From: the human T2T-CHM13v2.0 reference genome, Homo sapiens | Strand: one strand, 5' to 3' | Assembly: GCF_009914755.1 (NCBI RefSeq) | Contig: NC_060943.1 | DNA length: 64,000 nucleotides | Shown here: in pieces, positions 46,310 to 60,559 of the stretch | How positions within the stretch are numbered: the stretch's first letter is position 1 | Layout: each line of letters begins with the position of its first letter | Notes under the pieces: generated by a model | What the model saw: the letters and a program-made list of their open reading frames with translations, nothing else | Told to the model about the DNA's origin: nothing | Databases searched by the model: none | Made by a program: the position numbers and the translations under genes

Positions 46310-46771
46310 CTGAACTTGTGCAGATAACTTTATTACCATAAACATATGAATACTCATGAATAGTTTCCCAATTCTGGGGCACTCAGATAGAGAGCAAAAG
46401 CAAATGTTTCAATTTTTGTTTACAAAAGTATACTTTACCAATTGCTCAAGAAAAAAAGTTCATAAATCTGGAGAATAAAACATTCAAAGAATCAGCACAT
46501 TTTCAAATAGAAAATTATGAAAACATTATGCTTTTGATTATTTAGTCCAATAACATGGAGTTTTTTTCTTCTTTGTCTAGAATTTCATGAAGGTATCAGC
46601 CTGTTCATTAAAATTTTGAAAGTTCTTAGTCCAGTGGTATGATCTTGAAGTTATCAGGAACTTGTATTCAAGAGTCCTTGTCAGAGTCTTTTCCATAAAT
46701 CTCCTTGAAGAAAAAGCAATTTTGGACTGTAGGTGATTGTAAGTAGTTTGAGGAAGAATCAAAGCAACTGT
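46310..46771 (-). other. PSG5: PSG5 last (3'UTR) exon
   Basis: Acceptor ctttcccag|acagttgctttgattc at 46771; resembles recalled PSG2/3/5 3'UTRs. The cleavage site is approximate. Confidence 0.8.
46329..46334 (-). terminator. Poly(A) signal AATAAA of PSG5
   Basis: tttatt on the + strand at the end of the last exon; a second hexamer at 46209-46214. Confidence 0.75.
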
Positions 46772-46944
46772 CTGGGAAAGACAAAGATTTAAACTGACTA
46801 TGGTTAAAAATCTAATGAGAATTTATTATGGTAAAGACACAGCTCACATAGAAATCCAGTTACTTCTGTGGCATATGACACTATGGTAACATATTTGATT
46901 TCCAGAAATTTCATATAATTTTTAGAATACTCATTTAAAAAAAA

Positions 46945-47238
<294 letters not shown>

Positions 47239-48662
47239 GTAGAATACTCATATTATTAACATTCCCATAAATATTATTTAGAGAAGGTTTAGCCTCACTT
47301 ATCCTTTATTTGAAAATGTTTTCTACACAATTTAATATATCAAATAAGGTGGCTTTTCCATTCAGCTTCTGTTTCTCAAGAGGATTACTGAGTTCTTGGT
47401 GTAGCCCATTCATAAATAGGGCCAAAAATGTATAGTCTTATGTATGTTGAAAAAGGTCCTTAGGTAATTCCAGTACTTCTAGCTGAAAATCATTCATTTA
47501 GTTTTAAGTTCTACCTATTACAACAAGAGTTCTCCATCCTTGTTACATGTTAGTAGTGTCAGGGAAGACTTAAAAATTACCAATGCCTTGGTCCCTCTCC
47601 AGACCTTTAAACTGGAACTAATGGGTGGGGCTTGAGCATCCACTTTTAAAAATGCTTTCCAGTGATTCCAATGTGTAGCTCTATTTCCCATCAGATTTCT
47701 CTGATTTCTTGTGGCATTCAATTTTTTCTATTTTGGTATCATGATTATTTTCAGGTCTCATTTCCTGTCTTAGGCTTTATGTCTCCTGGGGTAGGGACCT
47801 TGCCTTCTTCATTTCTGTATGTTTTTTGAACACATGAACTGGTCATCAGGAAAAGATCTCAACCACACATAGGTTGTGTTCTGAGTCTCAGGTTCACATG
47901 TTAATCCTAAAGTCTCCGTTCTCCATGAGGTCAGATGTTGCTTGTGATGAAGGGTGTCGTTAAGTCTGCAGTGCAGATGGTGGAGGGGATTTCACTCTGT
48001 TTTTAGACATAGCATTGGAACTAAGAATTTTATGTCTATATGGGTGAAGGGGCAGGGATGTGTAGGAAGACAGTTCTAATTAGGATGAAGGAATTATACT
48101 AGGAAGTAGAGGTAAAGGAAGTGAGAAGGCTTACTAAATAGAAGAAATGTGAACTTATCAAATAGGCTAGAGTAGACCCCTGCAGATTCTTGATTAAGTG
48201 AATTAACTAGATTTTAGAAAGGTAATGAGGCAGTCATATGCAAGGAAGGTTTCAAAGTCTGGCCACAAGAAGTCAAGCAATACTTTGAGAAGTGGTTGAG
48301 CTTTATGGGAGTGTAGAGAATTACACTATTGAGAGATGTTAAAAATAATGAAGAGGGTTTCACCATGTGAAATTGTGTTTCTCATTTGAATCTGAGAAAC
48401 AAATGAGCAGAGGCTGGAGATAATTATGTCTAAAAGACAGTGGGGTACAGGGAGCATAAAGGCCAGGGAGAAAGGGAACTGCAGGAATTAGTTCTGAGAA
48501 GCAGGAGTTTAGTGGAGGAAGGAGGAGATGCAGTCCCAGATACAAGCAAATAAGTCTTTTCCCTCTCCCAAGCATGGCAGTCAGCCCTGCAGGAACCAGG
48601 ATAAGAGAAAAGGCCATCATACCTGCCAGTCTTCCTGAAATACAGAAATGACTTCACGGCTG

Positions 48663-48706
48663 CTATATTGGATTAAGGAGAGGAAGACGTCCTATTCCTG
48701 AAGGAG
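48663..48706 (-). CDS. PSG5: PSG5 C-terminal coding part (APSGIGRLPLLNPI*); the exon runs on to a donor at 48623
   Basis: catgacag|CT CCT TCA GGA ATA GGA CGT CTT CCT CTC CTT AAT CCA ATA TAG. Assuming the usual 64-nt leader CDS, 64+366+279+255+44 = 1008 nt = 335 aa, the PSG5 length I recall. Confidence 0.93.
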
Positions 48707-49959
48707 CTGTCATGGAAAGAAAAGTAAAGAAGGAATGAAGGTGATGTTATTTTACATGGGGGAGCCTCAGGAAGAGGCATGTAGCATGAGGTACTCTATA
48801 ATTGTTTCTTCAAGTACTACATTATTCCTCTTGGGAAATTGATGGGAGATGATTATATTCTTGCAGTTTTTTTTTTCCCTCTCACCATGTTTCTAGGATG
48901 GTGATCAGTCCTCTGTCAAATCTCTACTGCACTCAGATATTTTGGAAGGCTTTCAGACATAAGAAAGGCTGATTGCTATTTTCTATGTCATTAGAACTTA
49001 CCACCTTTTCACCTTTTCATGGTTGCATCTTTTTCTCAGTCTCTCTGTTGTGGCAGCCATGAATGAGACTCTGTCAGGTCTCCATGGCAGGGAGCTGATT
49101 GACAGAAGGCCCACGTCCGTGCATTTCACATTCATCACCTCCTTTGCACAGAAAGCTTCTTTCCCACAGGCTCCCAGGAAGGGCGTGAAAGCAAGCCTAG
49201 TTCTCTGAGGCTCTCTTTAACTCTAAAGGGTGACTGGTTGGAGGACTCCCCCTCAGCCTTGCAAAAACTCTTAGAACTGCATTGGTACCTAAAACTTCTT
49301 TCTCTTTCTTTTTCACAGGAATCAGCTCTGCATAGTGGTCTGTGGGTTCTCCCATACTGCCTTCATGTCTGCCCCACATTCCCTCACAGGTGTCCTCCCT
49401 GATAAATTATCTTGTATGTCTAATCCCATCTTGGGTGCATCTCAGTTGGTAAAAACTAACATATCAGGCTTGATTCTTTGCACTTAGCTTTTTTTCCTTC
49501 TCTCCCACAAGTAGTCAGTAACCATGTCCTAGTGTTTTATGTGTTACCTCTTTTTCCATATATATGGAAAAAGGTACTGTTGAGGGGCATTTCCTATGTG
49601 CCAGGCCCTGTGCTAAATACTTTACCTGTATCTCATTTAATCCACACAATAACCCTGTCAGGTAGAAATTATTTCCACTTTGCTGATGAAAAGACAGAAG
49701 CTTATCATGGTGTAAAAACTTTCCTGGTGTCATATGGCTAGTGACAGGTGGATCTGAAATTTGATTCTAGGACTATTTGACCTCAAGGCTAATGATGATG
49801 GTAGTAATATAGCAGCTGACATTGGCTCCTCTGTGTGGCATCTTGTTTCATTGATTGCATTAAACATTTAAAAGAATGGTATGAAGAAAGCACTCTCATT
49901 GCAATTTTCAGGTGAGGAATCAGAGGTTCAGAGAAGTTGAGTCTTGTGCAAGAAATTTA

Positions 49960-52925
49960 TAACTGTAAACTCTTACATTAAAAAAGAAGAAAGATCTCAG
50001 GTCAACAACCTACTTTAATACTTCAGGATATGAAAGAAGAACAAACTAAACCCAAGCACAGTGAATGAGGGAAATAATAAGGATTAGAGTGGACATAAAT
50101 AAAATGGAGAATGGAAAAAGAATAGAGGAAATTAATGAAACCAAAAGTTGATTCTTCAAAATAAAATCAACAAAATTGACAACCATTAACTAGATTGACT
50201 AAGAAAAAAAGAGAAAAGTTTAAAATTACTCAAATCAGAAATGAAAATGGACTCTGAGCATGGTGGGTCATGTTTTAATCCTAGCACTTTGGGAGGTCAC
50301 AGCAGAAGGATTTCTTGAGACCAGGTGTTTGGACCAGCATGGGTAACCTGGGGAGATGCTGTCTCTACAAAAATATAAAAAACCAATTAACTGGGCATGT
50401 TGACATGAACCTGTAGTCATAGCATCTTGGGAGGCTGAAGAAGGAGAATTGCTTGAGCCCAGGAGGTTAAGGCTGCATTGAGCCATAATCACACCACTGT
50501 ATTCCATCCTGGACTGGTCTACATAGTGAGAGCCCGTCCCTCTCTTCAAAAAAAAAAAAAAAGAAAAAGAAAGAAAGAAAAATGAAGCGATTACTACCAA
50601 TTCTAATAAAATAATGATTATGAAAGTACTATAAATAATTTTATGCAAATAAATTGGATAACCTAGATGAAATAGACAAACTCCTAGAAACACACAAAAA
50701 TATGAATAGAACTATAATCAGTAATAAGATTGAATCAATAAAAGCATTTGATGAAATTCAATATTTTTTCATAATGAAAACATCCTAAGAATAGAAGGAA
50801 ACCACCTCAACATAAAGGCAATATGTGAAAAACCCAATGCTAGCATCATACTCAACGGAGAAAGACTGAAAGCTTTCCCTGTATGAGCAGGAACAAGACA
50901 AGGATGCCTGCTTTTGACACTTTTATTCAACATAGTATTGAAAGGTCTAGTCAGAAAAATTAGGCAAGAATTGAAAAAAAGACATTCAAATTGGAAGGAA
51001 GGAGTAAAATTCTTTCTGTTTACAGATAACTTGAACTTATATGTAGAAAATCCTAAAGGTGGAACAAACCAATTAAAATTAATAAATTCAGTAATGTTGC
51101 ACAATACAAAATCAACATTCAAACATCAGTTGTATTTCAATACACTAAACATGAACAATCTGAAGGGAAATTAAGAAAAATAATTTCAATTTATATTAAC
51201 ATCAAAAAGAATAAAATATTTAGGAATAAGTTTAACCAAAGAGGTGAAATAATTATACGTGAAATCTACAAAATATTGCTGAAAGAAATGAAAGAAGACA
51301 TCAATAAATTGAAAGACATTTTGTGTTCATGAATTGGAAGACTCAATATTGTTAGGAGGACAGTGCTGCCCAAAGTGAGCTGCAGATTCAATACAATTCC
51401 TGTCAGAATCTCAGTGACATTTTTGCAGAAAAAGACAAATCTGTCCTAAAATTTATATTGCATCTCATGACTCTAAATGGACACATAGCTTTGAAGAGGA
51501 AGAATGAAGCTGGAGGACTCACACTCCCTGATTTCAGCATTTACTACAAAGCCCTAGTAATCAATACAGTGTGGTACTGGCATAAAGGAGGACATAGAAA
51601 TTAATGAAATATCATAGCCCAGAAAGAAATGCTTGCATATATGGCCAAATGATTTTCATGGAGTGTTCCAAGATCATTCAATGGGGAACGGACAGTGTTC
51701 TCACCAAATGATATTGGGAAAGCTGGATATCCAAGGGCAAGAGAGTGGAACCTTTACCTAACACCATGCATAAAAATTAACCCACAATAGATCAAAGATC
51801 TAAATGTAAGAGTAAAAACTACAGAACTCTTAGAAGAAAAGCTTCATGATACTGGATTTCACAATGATTTCTTGGTTGTAACAACAAAAGCATAGGCAAC
51901 AAATAAAATGGATTAATTGGACTTCACAAAAATCAAAACCTTTTATATATCAAAGAACATTATCAAGAAAGTAAAAAGGCAACCTATGAAATGATAAAAA
52001 TATTTGCAAATTATATGTGTGATAAGAAATTAATTTCCAGAATACATGAAAAGCTACAAGTCAACAACAGCAAACATCCAAAAACCCAATTAAAAAATGA
52101 ACAAAGGACTAAAATGGAGTTTTCTCCAAGGAAGATATACAAATATCCAATAAGCCCATGCAAAGTTCCTCAGCATCACGAATACTTAGAGATATGCAAA
52201 TCAAAACCACAATGTTACACCACCTCACACACTTTAGGATGGCTTTGATAAACAACAAAAATGACAGCAACACAAAACAACAGGTGTTTTCAAGTAGATG
52301 GAAAAATTGGAGCTCTAGTGCATTGCTGATGGGAATGGGAAATGTTATAGCCACTGTAAAAAGTGGTGTGGCTGTTTCTCAAAAAATTAAACAATAAATT
52401 ACCATTTGATCCAGCAATTCCACTTCTGGACAAACTCCCCATAGAAATGAAAAAAAATTGAACAAATATTTGTACACTGATGTTCAGAGAAGCATTACTC
52501 ACACTAGCCAAAAAATGGAAACAACTGAAAAGTCCATTGAAAGATAAGTGGGTAGGCAAATGAGGTGTATCTACAATTAAAATGTTATTCAACCTTAACA
52601 AGGAATAAAATTCCAATACATCGTGCAAAATGGATGAACCTTAAAGATATAATGCTAACTGAAATAAACCAGACACAAAAGGATAATTATCATATAATTC
52701 CATTTATAAAAGATAGTTAGAATAACCAGTTACATAGAGACAGAATGTAGAATGGTGTGTGCTAAGGGTTATGGGGAGAAGGAGTGAGTTACTCTTTATT
52801 GGGTACAGAGGTTTAATATGGTAAGAGGAAAAAGTTCTGGAAATGGATAGTGTGATGGTTACACAACACTAAATTGCACACATAGAAATAGTTAATGGTA
52901 AGTCTTATATTAGATATATATAAAG
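49960..52925 (+). mobile_element. L1M (MA/MB-like) ORF2 to 3' end, antisense in the PSG5 B2-C intron; AluJ at 50253-50575
   Basis: LLFNIVLKGLVRKIRQE...EGVKFFLFTDNLNLYVENPK (RT region) through the 3'UTR. Confidence 0.9.
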
Positions 52926-53743
52926 TGTCTGGTAGTCTTACCCTCTCTATAATTACACACTTTTTGGCACTGCCCCTTTCCTGCCATGCAGAGCCCCAGG
53001 GGTGAATCTCTCTATTTCTCCAGCTCTGCATCAGTCACTATCCTCCGTGCTGTGTCCCACATGCTGTGCCCACAACCTCATACAACCGGTGACTTCAGAG
53101 CCAGGACGCAACGCAGGAGTCTTCCCTGAGGCTCCCTCTCTTCTTATTTCCCTGCAGCCTGGCCCGGGGGAGGCTTGGCTTCAACTGGCAGCTCGATTTA
53201 GCCAAATTCAGGACAGGCCACCAGGACTCTTTCTCCACACATGCTGGTCCCACCCCAGGTTGAGTGAGGCAGGCCCAGTCACCAGAGAAGCATGGAGCAG
53301 AGCAGGAAGCAGAGTCTGAGCTGCTCCTCCCTCACCCAAGGGGCTTCCTCGTCTCATTTGGGGGAAAAGTGTGAGCTTGTTTCAGAGCCTCAGATGTTCC
53401 TTGTAGCTCATGGAATAGGTACAAGGAAACAAAGACATGGCAGAAGGGGATGTGTTGGTGACATCGAGAAGCAACTTGATCTTGAGGACTCTCCTTCTCG
53501 TCCCTCTGTGAAGCCTCCTCTACCACATAGGGCTCAGGGCTGATAAAGCCCCCTCCCTAACTTTCTTAGGCCAGACACAAGGTCAGCCATGAGAAAACAG
53601 AAAAACAAGGAGAAGAGAGTCTGTAGAGACAAATTGGAAGGGTTCAGGAGGAGAATTTGGGATTTGCTTGTGCCCATGGGACACAGGCTGGGAATAAAAA
53701 TGTTTTCCTAACTCTTCTCTGAAAGCCAGGTAGACTCCACCTA

Positions 53744-54157
<414 letters not shown>

Positions 54158-54383
54158 CTATATTCACTGAGCCAAAGCCTGAGGTATTCACCTGTTTCTC
54201 CCATCACAAGCTATTGACACAAAGTCTCCCATGACAAGAGCGCCCCCTCCCCTTATATTCCTGGTTAAGGCTGTGCCTACCTAGGTTTTCCAAGGGCAGG
54301 GAGTCATGGCCAGCTCAGATGTCCAGAAATAAAGGTGTCTATACTTGGACCGGAGAAAGACTGAGAGGACTGGCTTGTGGTCA

Positions 54384-54779
<396 letters not shown>

Positions 54780-55860
54780 TCAGAGTTGGCATCTCCCACC
54801 TGTCAACCCACCAGAGTCCTTGAAAGCCAGTAGCTGATGCATGTGTCACAAGATAGATGCATGATGATCTAAGGGCTCAAAGACTGTGAGGCCACCTGCT
54901 CTGTTTTAGGGAAGCACAGACTTTCTCAAGTGTCAATTGAGCAGCAGTGTTGGGTCATGAACAGACACATCAGTGGGAGTCACAGCCCCTGGTACCCCTC
55001 CCAGTCCCTCCATAATCAGTTGACTGGCTGGCTCACCCTGGGTTCCTTACCTGGAATGTGCAACTGCTGGGCGCCTTCCAAATTCCATCCTACTTTGTCC
55101 CCCTATATGTGATTTCTCTGCAGCTCCCATTTCCAAGGACATTCTAGAGATGAGTAATAATGGGACTTCCCATTGTCCTGAAACCCTGAAGATACTGAGC
55201 AGTCTGGCCTGGGACTGGATGTTTCAGCAGAAATAACACAGGGGAGACCAGAGTCAAGCCTGGAGGTCAGTTCAGTCATCAGCCAGTGGAGGCAGAAAGT
55301 GGGGCAGTGTTTTGCAGGTGTTTCATGATGACTTACTTGAACCAGTGACCTCTAAAGATAGAGCAGAGTGCAAGGAATGATCTAGAAGGAGTCAAGGGGA
55401 CAGGCAAGAGCTGGTGGCTTTGGAGCAGAACCATGTTTCCTGGCCTGGGTTCTTTAAGTTTCCTCTCCTTCTGCAGAGGGCAGGTGAGGACCATGTGGAT
55501 CTTTCCAGAAATACATGTGGATGTTTGCAAATGCAGAACTGATTGGTAGAAAGGGTGGGAATGAACTGCTGGAAATCTGGTCCTCATGGACCATGTGTGT
55601 TTGATGGATATGAGACAAATTTGAAGAGAAGTTTTGGGAATATTTTCTTTCACTGGACATTCTACTCTCTGATTCCATGGATTCGACTACTCTAGGGACC
55701 TCATGTAAGTGGATTCCAGAGTGAATATGAGAAGAGACTGCTGTTTGCCAGGAGCTGGGAGTGGGGAGAATCAGAAGTTGTTCATGGGTGTGCAGTTTCA
55801 GTTATGCAAGGTGGGGAGGTTATAGAGATTGGCTGTCGAGCTTCATACCTATAGTTCACA

Positions 55861-56038
55861 CAGATTGAGTATTTCTTATGCATAAGACTTAGGACAAAAA
55901 GTGTTTTGGATTTCTGACATTTTTTGATTCTGAAATATTTGTCATATACTTACTGGTTTAGCATCCCAAATCTGAAAGATTCAAAATCTAAAATGCTCCA
56001 GTGAGCATTTCTTTTCAGCATCAGATTAGTGGGCAAAA
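55861..56038 (+). mobile_element. Tigger4a/MER46A, truncated copy
   Basis: cagattgagtatttcttat...aatgctccagtgagcatttc; paralogous to 58865-59098. Confidence 0.75.
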
Positions 56039-56286
56039 GTGGGAGGTGATAAGCCAAATATATTCCTGCCCTTTTTTTTTTTTATCTCACCACGTTTCTA
56101 CCATGGTGATTAGTTTTTGGTCAATTCCACACTGGCCATGCTGCACTCATATATTTTTGAAGGCTTTTGGATGTGAGAAAGGCTGATTGCTGTCTTCTAT
56201 GTCATGAGAACTTTAAACATTTTCATGGTTGCATCTTTTTCTCAGTGTTTGTGTTGTGGCAGTCATTAATAAGAGCCTGTCAGGTC

Positions 56287-56600
56287 AGATTTAAGACAGA
56301 GTTTTCTAATTCTGCAAAAAATGTTACTGGGATTCTGGTAGGAGTTGCACTGTATCTGCAACTTGCTTTGGGTAGTATTGTCTTTCTAACAGTATTGATT
56401 CTTCCAATCCTTGAAAATGAAATGTCTTTCCATATATTGATATCATCTTTAATTTCTTTCAGCAATGTTTTGTAGTTTTCAGGGTATAATCATTTGACCT
56501 TTTTGTTAAACTTATTCCAAAATATTTTATTCCTTCTGATGTTAACGTGAATTGAAATTCTTTTCTCAATTTCCTTTCAGATTGTTCATTGTTAGTGTAT
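56287..56600 (-). mobile_element. L1M ORF2 fragment
   Basis: LKEIKDDINIWKDISFSRIGRINTVRKTILPKA. Confidence 0.85.
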
Positions 56601-56788
56601 AGCCTAAAGAATGATCTAGAAAGAGTGAAGGGGAAAGGCAAAAGCTGGTGGTTTTGGAGCAGAAACATACTCCCTGTGCTGGGTTTTTGATTTTCCCTCT
56701 CCCTTTGCAGAGGGCAGGTGGCTCTTCCCTGATAGCTAGATAGACTTCACTGGAAAACATATTGCCAATGCTCCAGGGATCCACTTAC

Positions 56789-57041
56789 CAGGGACTATGA
56801 TCCTCTTGATTATGAGATTTGTTCCATCAGTGGCTGAGTTATGGATGAAACAGACATAGATCCCTCTATGTTTTGGTGATTTGGGGAATAAAGCACACTT
56901 GTGCTGATTGCTGGAACTTCCCATCAATCAGCCAAGAATGCTCTGCCAGTGGGTGAGAGTCTGTGAGGCAGGAGAGATTGGGGACTTCCCCTGTATGGTA
57001 ATAGGTGTATGAGGAAGAAATGGTGGGGGCATCCAGGCCAT
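56789..57041 (-). pseudogene. PSG5: PSG B1 pseudo-exon (frameshifted)
   Basis: 253 nt against 255 for B2. Reads GLDAPTISSSYTYYHTGEVPNLSC...IPQITKT* (TAG at 56866-56868); the remainder, HRGIYVCFIHNSATDG, is in another frame. Confidence 0.9.
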
Positions 57042-57265
57042 CTGGAGCAAAGAGAATAAAGTCACAGGTGACATTGTCAGAGGGAAGGGAAAATCCTGGT
57101 CTGTGGAAGGGCCACAGTGACCCTGTGAGCCAAGTCGCAACACTGAAGTCCCAGCCAAATCCCCGCTGTGTTCACTGATCTGGAGCCTGAGACATTCACC
57201 TGTTTCTCCCATCACAAGCTGTGGAACCTGAGTCTCCCATGACAGGAGCAGCCTCTTTTCTCCTA

Positions 57266-57787
<522 letters not shown>

Positions 57788-58864
57788 TCAGAGTTGGCAT
57801 TTCCCACCTCTCAGCCCACCCAAGTCCTTAAAAGCCCATGGCAGGTGTGTGTGTTACAAGACAGATGCATGGCAATCTGAGGGCTCAGAGATTGTGAGGC
57901 TGCCTGCTTTATGTGGGAGAAGTACAGGCTTTCTCAAGTGTGAATTGAGCAGCAGCATTGGGTCATGGAAAGACACAGGACCAGCAGTCACAGACCCGAT
58001 GCCTCTCTGAGTTCCTCCGACTAAAACTGCCTGCCTGACCCACCTTGTGGTCCTCACTTGGAGTATGCAGTGCTGGAATCTTCTTAGTTTCAGTCTTACT
58101 TTGTCCCCCGAGGTATGTTTTCTCTGCAGCTTCCCTTGCCAAGGACATCCTAGAGATGGATGATGGAACTTCCCATTGTCCTTAAACCCTTTGGGTACTG
58201 GAAAGCCTGGCCTGGGACTGGGTACTTCAGCATAAATAACACAGGGGAGACCAGAGTCAAGCCTGGAGGTCAGTTCAGTCATCAGGCAGTGGAGCCACAA
58301 GGTGGCGCAGTTTTCCCAGGTGTCTCATAGTGACTGACTTGAGCCAGTGACTTCTAAAGATAGAGCAGAGTCCAAGGAATGACCTACAAAGAGTGAAGGG
58401 GACAGGCAAGAGCTGATAGCTTTGGACCAAGACCATTGTTCCCTGTTCTGGGTCCATGATGCTTCCTTCCCCTTGTAGAGGGCAGGTGAGGACCATGTGG
58501 ATCTTCTAGAAATACATGTGGATGTTTGCAAATGCAGCACTGACTGTTGGAAAGGGTAATCATGAACTGATGATGGAAGTCTGGCCCTCATGGACCATAT
58601 GTGTTTGGTGCATATTAGACCAATATTTGGGAAGAAGTCTTGCAGATACTTTCTCTCATTAGACATTCTACTCTCTGATTCTGAGTTTGACTACTCTATG
58701 TACCTCATATCAGTGGATTCCAGAGTGAATCAGAGAGTAGAATAGTAGTTTGCAGGAGCTGGGATCAGGGGAATAGGGTGTTGTTCCATGGGTGTGCGGT
58801 TTCAGTTATGCAGGATGAGGAGGTTCTAGAGATCTCCTGTGCAGCCTCGTGCCTATACTTCATG

Positions 58865-59098
58865 CAGATACAGTGCTCCTTATGCAGAAAGCTTAAAACA
58901 AAGTGTTTTGGATTTCTAATTTTTTTAATTTTGGAATATTTGCAGTACATGTACTGGTTTAGCATCCCAAATCTGAAAAATTTAAAATCCACAATGCGCC
59001 AGTGAGCACTTCTTTTTAACATCACATCAGTGGTCAGAAGGGTTGAGTTTTGGAGCATTTCAGATTGTGGATTTCTGGATTTCCGATGCTCAATTCGT
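58865..59098 (+). mobile_element. Tigger4a/MER46A, near full length
   Basis: Internally palindromic element ending gatgctcaattcg. Confidence 0.75.
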
Positions 59099-59945
59099 AA
59101 TACTGTAATTTTCCCATAAAAAGTTGTCAGGAGTTTAGACCTCATGTTATGTTCTGACTCTAGTAACAAAAAAAATTTGGAGGAAACATTAAAATGTTTT
59201 CATAAGTGGAAATTTTTACTGATGATCCAAACATCTAAGATCAATTGCTGGTAGTAGTATTTCTCTTGAGACCAAAATAAGGTTTAGGTGTGCCGTGAAT
59301 TCCAGCAGGATCACATTATGCTCAAAGAAAGACGCCAAAGGTGATTTGAAATTAGCAGCTCCTTAAGTAGAGAGAGTCCCGTTAAAAGGACAGAACTGGT
59401 CAGTGCGTCAATTACATAAAGGGAGGAAGGATGCCAAATTAAAAGAAGTGATGTGTGTTATGTTAGTAAATATAGAAAGAACTCCCTGCTTCTAATTTCT
59501 GTGCAGAGTTAGGAAAAATGGGGAGGACCCCAAAACAGGTATGTGAAATGCTTTCTTCATTTTCTCTTAAGCTCACGAAACACCACTAAAGTTTAAGTTT
59601 GTGTGAATTAGGAAGAATCTAAGTGAGATGCCAATGGCTCGTGTGTCTCCCCACACGCAGAACTCCAACTTATGAAAATGGCATCATCATGAGGAAACAG
59701 TTTTATGTGGCACAGGCAGTAAAACCATTAGATAGCACACACCTGGCCACTTCCAACTGGTCCCCAAAACCACCAATATTCACATTACGTGTATCTGACA
59801 GCCTTTGCAGTTGTCCACAACTACAAAATTTAAAAATTGCTATTGCCAAAACAAAATATTAAATGTGAAGTTGAATGTGTTGTTCCACTTTTTTTCCCCC
59901 ACTCTTATTGAACTTTCCTTTTTCAGTTTTGGAAGTTTCTATTGA

Positions 59946-60317
<372 letters not shown>

Positions 60318-60559
60318 ATCTCTGAGGGATTTTAATGAGTTGTTGACTTTTGAGTTTGTTCAACTTTTTACTTACTGTTAGAACCGAGTGACAAATTTCA
60401 AGCTTGTTATATGCCTGACAGGAAGCCAGAAGTCTCTAAGAAGTGACAGGAGAATGTGAGCTCCATAGTAGTTTGAGGATGGAGTCACGAGTGAAACAGT
60501 TGAAATGAGTCCATGGGCATTGGGGACTGCAGGCCTGTCCAGCCTCTGACACCCTGGTG

